Positions 56,335 through 64,000 of a DNA stretch of 64,000 nt are shown here, one piece after another. Under the pieces are notes generated by a model. It saw only the letters and a list, made by a program, of their open reading frames with translations. It made no database searches and had not been told where the DNA came from. Location: IMG/VR virus record IMGVR_UViG_2636415425_000001, positions 32,001-96,000 of that record; one strand, 5' to 3'. The DNA comes from a virus. Its lineage: Duplodnaviria > Caudoviricetes. Numbering within the stretch: the first letter of the stretch is position 1; the number at the start of each line of letters is the position of its first letter. Made by a program: the position numbers and the translations under genes.

Positions 56335-57687
56335 ATGTCCGAGCAAAGGCAAAATTATCGAATTCTCTCATTCCAGATCGAAGGCATCCTCCGTGTAGTT
56401 GCGGTTACGATCCGGCCCGATGGCCGCACGCTGGAGCTCACCGGGCCCAACCGCCAAGGTAAGAGTTCGATCATCGACGCCCTCTGGATGGCGCTGGGCG
56501 GCGAGAAGTTCATCCCACAGGACCCTATCCATGACGGAATGGACGAAGGCCGCGTGTTGGTCGACCTCGGGGACGACTCCGGCACGAAGCTGAAAGTTAC
56601 AAGACGCATCAAGCGCAAGGATGATGGCTCGTTCAAGCCGAGCTTGACCGTCGAAGATGCGGACGGATCGAAGTTCTCCAATCCGCAGAAGATGCTGAAC
56701 GACCTGATCGGATCACTCAGCTACGACCCGCTCGACTTCATCAACAAGAAGCCGAAGGAGCAGTTTGACCTCCTCAAGTCGTTCGTCTCCGGCATTGATT
56801 TTGATGCCATCGCGAAGGCCAATGACGCGGACTTCGACGCCCGGACCGTGGTCAACCGCGATGCCAAGGCACTGCGGACCCGAGCCGACGCCATTGTCAT
56901 CGACCAAACCGCGCCGACCGAAGCGGTGGACGAGGCCGCGCTCGTGCAGGAGCTCGCCCAAGCCGCCGACAAGAACGGCGCCGTTCAGCGCTTCCGGTCC
57001 GATCAGGCGGCGCGCCGGCAGCGGGCGCAGGAGCGCGACCAGGCCGCCGAACTTGCGCGCCAGCGGATCGACCAACTGCAAGCCGAGATCGAGAAGCTGA
57101 CCGCGGAGGCTGATGCCGCCGAGACCGCGGCCGGCGAGATCCGGCTCGAGATCAGCGACGCCGGCGACGAGCCGCCATCGGTCGACACGCAGGAACTGCA
57201 AGCCAAGATCACTGCGGCACGCGAGACGAATGCCAAGGTAGCCGCCGCTGCACGCGCACGCGTCGAGAAGGAGCGGCTCACCAGCGAAGCGGCGGAGCTC
57301 GAGGCCAAGTCCGAAGCCCTCAGCAAGGCGATCGTCGCCCGCGAGACCGAGAAGCAGGAAGCCATTGCCCGCGCCGACATGCCGATACCCGGCTTGTCCT
57401 TCGGGGACGGCGTCATCTTGCTCGACGGTCACCCCCTCGCCCAGGCCAGCCAGGCGCAGAAGCTCGGCCTTGCCGTCGCCATCGCGATGAAGCTGCAGCC
57501 GCGGCTCCGCTTCCTGACGACCAAGCACGCCGCACTGCTGGACGACGAGTCCTGGGCGTCCCTTGTCCGCTTGGCTGACGAGCAGGATCTGCTCGTCATC
57601 GCGGAGACCGTCAATTCAAACCGGCCAACCGCAGTGGTGATCGAAGACGGCCACGTCCGCGGCGCCAAGCAGCAAGCCGCGGAGTGA
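56335..57687 (+). CDS. SMC/Rad50-like AAA ATPase
   Basis: GPNRQGKSS, long coiled coil, degenerate signature QASQAQKL, LLDDE. Confidence 0.85.
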   Translation: MSEQRQNYRILSFQIEGILRVVAVTIRPDGRTLELTGPNRQGKSSIIDALWMALGGEKFIPQDPIHDGMDEGRVLVDLGDDSGTKLKVTRRIKRKDDGSFKPSLTVEDADGSKFSNPQKMLNDLIGSLSYDPLDFINKKPKEQFDLLKSFVSGIDFDAIAKANDADFDARTVVNRDAKALRTRADAIVIDQTAPTEAVDEAALVQELAQAADKNGAVQRFRSDQAARRQRAQERDQAAELARQRIDQLQAEIEKLTAEADAAETAAGEIRLEISDAGDEPPSVDTQELQAKITAARETNAKVAAAARARVEKERLTSEAAELEAKSEALSKAIVARETEKQEAIARADMPIPGLSFGDGVILLDGHPLAQASQAQKLGLAVAIAMKLQPRLRFLTTKHAALLDDESWASLVRLADEQDLLVIAETVNSNRPTAVVIEDGHVRGAKQQAAE

Positions 57688-58160
57688 TCGCCATGTTCGA
57701 CACCATTCTCCGTTTCTTCCGCCCTCATCGCTCTTCGCCCTGGGACTCTGCTCCGCCTTGGGCGCTGGAACTGAAGCACATGCAGGAGCGAATTCTGAGA
57801 AAAGAGGACCAACAGATGTCTGCCCAAGACGATCTCAACAACGCGGTTGTCGCGCTGGCTGCCGGCTACGGCAGCCTGCACACCGCCATCCTGCCGGTTC
57901 TGCAGGTCATCGCCGACAATGCAAATGGCAACTCGGTCATCACGCAGGCGGTCGCCAACATCCAGGCGGTGACCGGCAAGATGGCCGACGATGCGGCCGC
58001 CCTCACCGCCGCCGTCCCGGCCGCGACGACCGTCTCGCCGCCGCCGGCGTCGCAGCCGGTCGTGCAGGACCCGCCGTCCATCACGCCGCCGTCGATCGAT
58101 CCGCCGACTGTCACCGATCCCGCTGCGACTCCGCCGACCGGCGACGCTTCCGGCTCCTGA
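57684..58160 (+). CDS. Hypothetical protein with Pro-rich tail
   Basis: 158 aa; alternative start ATG 57816 with SD GAGGA. Confidence 0.55.
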   Translation: MIAMFDTILRFFRPHRSSPWDSAPPWALELKHMQERILRKEDQQMSAQDDLNNAVVALAAGYGSLHTAILPVLQVIADNANGNSVITQAVANIQAVTGKMADDAAALTAAVPAATTVSPPPASQPVVQDPPSITPPSIDPPTVTDPAATPPTGDASGS

Positions 58161-58246
58161 CCGGAAGACGGCTCCTCCCCAACTTGCCGCGCGGGTCTCA
58201 TCTCGCGCGGCACCTTTCCCGGGCAATCCGATTGCGAGATCCCAAC

Positions 58247-58570
58247 GTGTCCCTCACCAAGGTCGAACTTCACGTCGAGACGAGGCCGTCAAATCGCGTC
58301 CTCAACCTGCTCTGCCAGATCCTCTTCTGGGTGCTTCTGATTGGAGCGATCGCGGTCTCGCGCCTTTATCTCGGCGGCTCGTTCATAGTTGAGGTGCTGG
58401 CCACGATCTTCGCGCTCGTCGTCCTGGTGCATATCGCCAAGAGGCATTCCGGTGCCGAGATCACGATGTCGGTTTCGGAGGTCGACGCATGGATCCGCGA
58501 CGGCGCGCCGACCGACGTCAAGGAATGGCTCGCCGCCAGGTCGGCCAAGGTTGTGGGTGGTCGGCCATGA
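58247..58570 (+). CDS. Two-TM membrane protein
   Basis: 107 aa with two hydrophobic helices. Confidence 0.6.
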   Translation: MSLTKVELHVETRPSNRVLNLLCQILFWVLLIGAIAVSRLYLGGSFIVEVLATIFALVVLVHIAKRHSGAEITMSVSEVDAWIRDGAPTDVKEWLAARSAKVVGGRP

Positions 58571-59682
58571 ATGCCGTTGTCAGCCCCGACGTTGCCGCGA
58601 GCGAACCGGTGAAATTCGAGCCCGGCATCTACTTCGGCGTGCCCGAGGACAAATACCACCAGGACACCTCGCTCGGATCCACGAAGCTGAAGGAACTGGT
58701 GATCGACCCGATCGAGTACCAGCACGGCCGCCTGCACGGCGCCGAGCAGAAGGAAACGTTCCAGTTGAAGTGGGGCCGCGCGATCCACTGTCGCGCGCTC
58801 GAGGGAAAGCAGTTCTTGGCCGAGCGCTTCCCGATCGCGCCGGCGCTGGCCGACTATCCGAACGCGCTCGTGACGATGGATCACCTCCGCGAGCACGCCA
58901 AGAAGCTGGGCCTGACCAAGGTCGGTAACACCAAGGCATTGGTGGCCACCGCGATCCGCGAGTTCGACCAGAGCATCCCGATCTGGGACGAGATCATGGC
59001 TCGGTTCGAGACCGAGCACGCTGGCAAGACCATCATTCCGCGTGAGGCGATCGAGCACATCGAGCGCGCCGTGGAATGGATGCAGCGGGAGCCGAAGCTT
59101 GCACCCGTCATGGAAGACGGCACTTTCACCGCCGGTGCATCGGAGGTCTCGATCTTCTATGTCGAGAACGGCGTCCGGCTGAAAGCCCGCATCGACCACC
59201 TGCTGTCACATGCCGTGGTCGACCTGAAATCCTTCCGGCCGTTCCTGCAGGAGCGACTGAGGGAAGGTGCCAAGAAGGCGATCTCGCGCATGCGGTACGA
59301 CCTGCAGGCCGCGGCATACATCCGCGCGCTGAAGGTCGCCGCCAAGCTGTACGCCGACGGCAAGGTCTTCGATTGCCCCTACTCGCCCGCCTTCCTCGAG
59401 TCCGTGTTTGCCGCCTTGTCCATCGCGGAGCGCGATCCGCACTCGGCCGAGGCTCTGAAATGGGTCTGGGTGCTGATCAAGGCCTCGGGCGCGCCGCAGC
59501 CAGTCGTCGCCGAATTCGATCTCGGCAGCATGATCTTCCGCCAGGCCGCCGTCGATATCGACGACGCCATCAAGAACTACCGCCTCTACGTCGAGAAGTT
59601 TGGCCTTGACCAGGACTGGGTGCCGGAGCTCCCGGCCGAGGTCTGGGGCGACACCGACTTCCCGTCTTGGGCTTTCACCTAA
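58567..59682 (+). CDS. RecE/exonuclease VIII-like PD-(D/E)XK nuclease
   Basis: EPGIYFGV, WGRAIH, SEVSIF, KARID..VDLKS, YDLQAAAY. Confidence 0.85.
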   Translation: MNAVVSPDVAASEPVKFEPGIYFGVPEDKYHQDTSLGSTKLKELVIDPIEYQHGRLHGAEQKETFQLKWGRAIHCRALEGKQFLAERFPIAPALADYPNALVTMDHLREHAKKLGLTKVGNTKALVATAIREFDQSIPIWDEIMARFETEHAGKTIIPREAIEHIERAVEWMQREPKLAPVMEDGTFTAGASEVSIFYVENGVRLKARIDHLLSHAVVDLKSFRPFLQERLREGAKKAISRMRYDLQAAAYIRALKVAAKLYADGKVFDCPYSPAFLESVFAALSIAERDPHSAEALKWVWVLIKASGAPQPVVAEFDLGSMIFRQAAVDIDDAIKNYRLYVEKFGLDQDWVPELPAEVWGDTDFPSWAFT

Positions 59683-59699
59683 ACCACTGAGGACTGACG

Positions 59700-61169
59700 A
59701 TGAATATGATTGTCGACGAGCGCGACCAAGAACGTCAAACGTTGCCCGCCGTCGTTGTGGAAAGTGCGATGCCGGCGATGCTGCGCGCCGAGATCGACGG
59801 TCAGATCGCTACCGCCAAGATGTATCCGCGGAACGTCTCGCGCGCGATCGGCAACATCAAGAGCCTGGCGACACTCGACGAAGAGACGGCCGCGGAGTCG
59901 CTGTACGCGCTCGTCCGCAAGAAGAAGCAGCAGAACCGCGGCGGTGGTGACTCGACCGATACCGCCAACGCGGCGATCGAAGGACCGAGCATTCGCCTGG
60001 CCGAGATCGCGGCCCAATGCTGGGGCAACTGCCGGATCGAGGCTCACGTCGTCACGGTCAACAAGAAGGACAAGTACGTCGAGGCCGTCGGCACGTTCCA
60101 CGATCTTGAGACGAACATGGCTTCGACCGCGACGGTGCGGCGCCGGATCTCGACCTCCAGCGGCAACCTCTTCTCCGAAGACATGATCACAGTCACCGGG
60201 AACGCTGCCTGCTCGATCGCGAAGCGTAACGCGATCCTCGCCGGCATTCCGCGCGGCGTCTATCGGCCCGCCTATCATGCGGCTCGCGAAGTCGTCGCCG
60301 GCACCACCGCGACGCTTTCTCAGAACCGCGACAAGGCCATCAAGGCATTCGCGACCTATGGCGTCACGCCCGATCAGATCTTCGAGGCTCTCGACGTCAA
60401 TGGAGAGGCCGAAATCCGACTCGAGCACATCGCAACCCTGCGCGGCATGTTCATGTCGATCAAGAACGGCGAAGCCACGGTCGAGGAGATGTTCGCCAAG
60501 GAGAAGCCGTCCCAGGCCGATCCCGACTACAACCCGTTGGTGAAGAAGGACACCGGCGGTGCCGAACAGCAGGCCGGTGGCGCAGCCGATACGGCCGGCA
60601 ACGAAGAACGCACCTCAGCTGCGCAGGAAGGCAGCCAGACCGGTGAGAAGCCGGCCACGGAATCCGCCGCGGCGGAGGCAGCGCATCCATCTGACCATGC
60701 GGCGGGACATCAACCCGCGGTCGGATCGGACAGCGCTGCCACCTCGGCGCAGACGTCGGCGAAGCCAGCCCCCGCCGATGAAGGGACGAGCCAGGAGCGC
60801 ACCGCCAGCGGCTCGTCCCAACCTGATTTGCTGTCCGGCCCAACCTCCGCCCAGGACAGCAAACCGCAGTCGAGCGTTCCCCAAAGCTCGACTGCTGACG
60901 GAGCGGATGCGTCCCGTGGCCGTGGCGCGTCCGCTCCCGATCAGCTTCGCTCCTATCACAGGACCCTCTCCACCATCGAGAACGGCGGCCCGGCCAAGCT
61001 CGGGAAGATGTCGCTCGCTTGGTACAAGGCCAACGGAGAGGCGAACGCCTTCGACGACCTGAATCACCCGAAGGCTGAGAAGATCTTCGCCGCCCATACG
61101 GAGCGTCTGACCGGTTCGATCGATCTCGCGGCGTGCACCAAGAAGGTCGAGGAGATCATCGCGCGATGA
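59700..61169 (+). CDS. Putative single-strand annealing/recombination protein
   Basis: IDGQIATAKMYPRN, GPSIRLAE..WGN; follows the exonuclease. Confidence 0.6.
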   Translation: MNMIVDERDQERQTLPAVVVESAMPAMLRAEIDGQIATAKMYPRNVSRAIGNIKSLATLDEETAAESLYALVRKKKQQNRGGGDSTDTANAAIEGPSIRLAEIAAQCWGNCRIEAHVVTVNKKDKYVEAVGTFHDLETNMASTATVRRRISTSSGNLFSEDMITVTGNAACSIAKRNAILAGIPRGVYRPAYHAAREVVAGTTATLSQNRDKAIKAFATYGVTPDQIFEALDVNGEAEIRLEHIATLRGMFMSIKNGEATVEEMFAKEKPSQADPDYNPLVKKDTGGAEQQAGGAADTAGNEERTSAAQEGSQTGEKPATESAAAEAAHPSDHAAGHQPAVGSDSAATSAQTSAKPAPADEGTSQERTASGSSQPDLLSGPTSAQDSKPQSSVPQSSTADGADASRGRGASAPDQLRSYHRTLSTIENGGPAKLGKMSLAWYKANGEANAFDDLNHPKAEKIFAAHTERLTGSIDLAACTKKVEEIIAR

Positions 61170-61573
61170 CCATCCTCGATCGCCCGCCGTCGGACTGGAA
61201 GCGGCCGGCTATGCCCGTCCGCACCAAGCTGGACGTCGTCATCCGACAGGAAGGCAAGTGCAAGCAGACCGGCGAGAAGCTCGGCACGCTCGAAAACACC
61301 CGGTTTGATCACCGCCCGGCCCTCTGGGAGCGACAGTTCGACACCGTGGCGGACGACACGATCCCGCCGGCGAACGACGCCGCATTCATTGATGCGTGCA
61401 CGGTCGCCGGCCACGACGTCCGAACCCATGGGAACGGCGCCACGACCGTCGGCTCCGACTCCCATCGTCGCGCGAAGATCAAGCGGATGACCGATCCCAA
61501 GCCGGCAAAGCCGAAGCGGAAGATCCGCGGGCGGTCGACCTTCCCAAAACGAAAGGTCCGGAGGTTTGGATGA
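61166..61573 (+). CDS. HNH-like nuclease
   Basis: RQEGKC...FDHRPAL...H..RT; basic C-terminus. Confidence 0.6.
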   Translation: MTILDRPPSDWKRPAMPVRTKLDVVIRQEGKCKQTGEKLGTLENTRFDHRPALWERQFDTVADDTIPPANDAAFIDACTVAGHDVRTHGNGATTVGSDSHRRAKIKRMTDPKPAKPKRKIRGRSTFPKRKVRRFG

Positions 61574-62163
61574 ATTCGGCAGCATCAGCATCCCTTGAAT
61601 TCAGCACGTTGGCTGAGTTGTCGGCCCACTATCGTCAGGTCCGAGCTCGGTTGCCGGTTGTGGTCCCGCAGTGGCAGCGCGACACGCTGGCGCTGCCCCC
61701 GGGTCTTCTCCGCCTGCCGGCGCCGGCCGCCTTCGCGACCGTCGAGGATATCGTTCCGTCGCAGTTGAGACGGGCGCCGGAGGAAGTTCGGAAGTTGAGC
61801 GGCGAAGCCGAGCGCGTGGCGATCCGCAGGTCGATCGCCGCATACCGCGCCCTGCTTTGCCAAATGCCGGCGAACCAGCGCCGGGTCAATTTGATCAAGG
61901 CTGCGGTCGGTCGCGCTTTCAAGGTCAGCCAGGACGGCTTCACGCACCATTCACGCCGACACGGCGTGACGCGCATCCGGCAGATCGCGATGTGCCTCTC
62001 GAAGCTGCTGACCACGACCAGCCACAACGAGATCGGCCGCAGTTTCGGCGGTCGCGACCACACCACGGTGCTGCACGCCTACCGCAAGTTTCTGCCGATC
62101 GTCGCCGAGGTCATGGCCGAGATGAACGACGGTCAACCCTGCCAGATCGGGGGCCAACTATGA
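61570..62163 (+). CDS. Protein with DnaA C-terminal (domain IV) HTH
   Basis: RIRQIAMCL...SHNEIGRSFGGRDHTTVLHAYRK. Confidence 0.85.
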   Translation: MNSAASASLEFSTLAELSAHYRQVRARLPVVVPQWQRDTLALPPGLLRLPAPAAFATVEDIVPSQLRRAPEEVRKLSGEAERVAIRRSIAAYRALLCQMPANQRRVNLIKAAVGRAFKVSQDGFTHHSRRHGVTRIRQIAMCLSKLLTTTSHNEIGRSFGGRDHTTVLHAYRKFLPIVAEVMAEMNDGQPCQIGGQL

Positions 62164-63002
62164 CGATGACCGACGGATATTTCGCCGATCAGCCGATCGT
62201 GCCTGGCGCCGACGTCATCTATCGGCCGAAGGGCAACGCCGGTGAGTACGCGCCGCTGGCGACGAACCCCTATCGAGGCTGCGGACACGGCTGCGCCTAT
62301 TGCTACGTTCCGCCGGCGACGCATATCCCGCGGCTGACTTTCGACCAGGGCGCAGTACCGCGACCTGGGTTCATGCAGCGGCTCGACCGCGATATCCGAC
62401 GCTATCAGGCCGCCGGCGTCTCCGACGGTCACCCCGCCGATCAGATCTTCATCACGTTCTCCAGCGACCCGTTCCACCGCGGCGACCTCTCCCTGACTCG
62501 GCAAACAATGCATGCTCTCAAGGAAGGCGGCATGTCGTTCTGCACTTTGTCCAAGGGTGGACGTCGTGCGCTATCGTTCCTGCCGGAATACCGCCGCGAG
62601 CGGGACGCTTACGCCTGCACGCTGACAACGTTGGACGATGAGTTCTCGCAGACATGGGAGCGCAATGCGGCGTTGCCCGGCGAGCGGATCGCCGTGCTGG
62701 AGACCTTCCACCAGGCCGGCATTTTCACTTGGGTGTCGCTCGAACCGACGCTCGATGCCGCAGCTTCGGTTGCGATCGTCCGGGCAACGTACAGGTTCGT
62801 GGATCTCTACAAGATCGGGCGCGCCAACTACGTCCCCAAGATCTCCAAGACGATCGATTGGGCGGCATACACCCGCGACGTGACTCAGGCGTGCCGCGAG
62901 GTCGGCGCGCGCCATTACGTGAAGCGCGACCTGCAAGCCCATTTGCCACCTGGTTATGACAACCCCCTGCGCGTTCCGCAGCATCATGGAGCCACGGCAT
63001 GA
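62160..63002 (+). CDS. Radical SAM protein (SPL-like)
   Basis: NPYRGCGHGCAYCY, SSDPF, LSKG, WVSLEP. Confidence 0.85.
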   Translation: MTMTDGYFADQPIVPGADVIYRPKGNAGEYAPLATNPYRGCGHGCAYCYVPPATHIPRLTFDQGAVPRPGFMQRLDRDIRRYQAAGVSDGHPADQIFITFSSDPFHRGDLSLTRQTMHALKEGGMSFCTLSKGGRRALSFLPEYRRERDAYACTLTTLDDEFSQTWERNAALPGERIAVLETFHQAGIFTWVSLEPTLDAAASVAIVRATYRFVDLYKIGRANYVPKISKTIDWAAYTRDVTQACREVGARHYVKRDLQAHLPPGYDNPLRVPQHHGATA

Positions 63003-63643
63003 AGCCCGAGTTCATCACCTTCACCGGTATCGACAACTGGACCGAGCTCCACGACATCCACGTCCTCTCGATCAAGTACCCTGTCGAGTTCGGTGTCTTG
63101 TTCAGCCCAAAGCGCCAGGGCACCGATCCGCGCTATCCCGACGGCGACGCGCTGTCCCGCTTCATGTGGAGCGGGCTCCGGCTGTCAGCGCACCTCTGCG
63201 GCGACTACAGCCGCCGGATCATGGCAGGCGAGTCCATCGTCGACACCATCCCGGTCGACCTCGGGTACCTGAACCGGGTTCAGGTGAACCACGCCGAGCC
63301 GGATCCGGCGAAGATCATCGAATTTCGCAACGGCTGGGGATCGATGCGCGCGATCGCGCAGACCCGCGCCGATGCGTTCCCGGCCGACACCTCCGTGGAC
63401 TGGCTCTTTGATCGCAGCGGCGGCACCGGCGTCGCGCCGACGGCCTGGCCGATGCATCCCGGCGGCGATCGGCTGGTTGGTTACGCCGGCGGCATCTCGC
63501 CCGACAACATCCGCGGCGTCATGTCGGTGCTCGAGCAGATGCCAGGTCGATACTGGATCGACATGGAAAGCGGAGTCCGGACCGACGACCGGTTCGACAT
63601 CGCAAAGTGCCGTGCCGTTTGCGAGGCGGTGTTCGGCAAATGA
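62999..63643 (+). CDS. TrpF-like TIM-barrel protein
   Basis: LFDRSGGTG, GYAGGISPDN, WIDMESGVR. Confidence 0.75.
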   Translation: MKPEFITFTGIDNWTELHDIHVLSIKYPVEFGVLFSPKRQGTDPRYPDGDALSRFMWSGLRLSAHLCGDYSRRIMAGESIVDTIPVDLGYLNRVQVNHAEPDPAKIIEFRNGWGSMRAIAQTRADAFPADTSVDWLFDRSGGTGVAPTAWPMHPGGDRLVGYAGGISPDNIRGVMSVLEQMPGRYWIDMESGVRTDDRFDIAKCRAVCEAVFGK

Positions 63644-64000
63644 GGGACGTTCCGGTAATCTTTAGCGCCCCGATGGTGCAGTCCCTGCTTCGCGAAGTTG
63701 AAGCGCCGGGGACCGGCAAGACCATGACGCGGCGCCTCGCTTGGGGCGAGCCGTTCACCGTCTACGACGACGAAGACGGCGAACAGGCGGCGAAGCTCCG
63801 AAAGAAGGGCTGCAAGGTCAGCGGTCCGGACGATACTTCCGCGCGTATCGCTTGGCCCCCGTCACCGTGGCAGCGCGTGAAGGCTGGCGACCGCCTCTGG
63901 GTGCGCGAGTCCGTCAAGGGCGAACCGAACGCAGAGGGATGGGACGGCGTCCGCTACGCCGCCGACAATGCCTGGATCATGTCGACGGCGGCGAACGCCG
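63640..64000 (+). CDS. ASCH/PUA-like phage protein (partial)
   Basis: MRDVPVIFSAPMVQSLL...KTMTRR...GDRLWVRE; runs off the right edge. Confidence 0.7.
   Translation, partial: MRDVPVIFSAPMVQSLLREVEAPGTGKTMTRRLAWGEPFTVYDDEDGEQAAKLRKKGCKVSGPDDTSARIAWPPSPWQRVKAGDRLWVRESVKGEPNAEGWDGVRYAADNAWIMSTAANA

Noticed and set aside
62999-63643. Genuine trpF auxiliary metabolic gene
   Set aside because: Only the C-terminal phosphate-binding motifs match, no other trp genes are present, and the function is unknown.

Overview
This is 64 kb of a temperate, HK97-fold, long-tailed (siphovirus-like) phage or prophage of a high-GC alphaproteobacterium, probably Hyphomicrobiales (it carries GcrA, DnaN and an alpha-type tRNA-fMet). 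No integrase, lysis genes or host flank are visible. Layout: (1) 1-18.0 kb, minus strand: virion operon running terS, terL, portal, ClpP-type protease, capsid, head-tail genes, tail tube, four signal-peptide proteins, frameshifted tail chaperone, tape measure. (2) About 18.0-18.1 kb: probable cos region. (3) 18.5-30.6 kb, plus strand: an oppositely oriented array of about 26 mostly small genes lying between cos and the packaging HNH gene. It includes an ArdC-like protein and a DUF3560-methyltransferase, is bracketed by two HTH genes, and is punctuated by two repeat families: 11 covarying hairpins just upstream of Shine-Dalgarno sites and 17 co-oriented TACGRYCGATTT boxes. (4) 30.6-50.3 kb, minus strand: cro-side operon with helicase, primase, beta clamp, resolvase, GcrA and many DNA-modification enzymes, many carrying clamp-binding-like motifs. 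(5) cI/cro, plus a second operator-bearing promoter region and a replication initiator with iterons. (6) 53.3-64 kb, plus strand: early arm with a tRNA-fMet bearing a G31:G39 mismatch, about 540 nt of highly structured putative ncRNA, recombination genes and radical SAM/TIM-barrel enzymes. All family assignments are from motif recognition by eye; no database searches were run.
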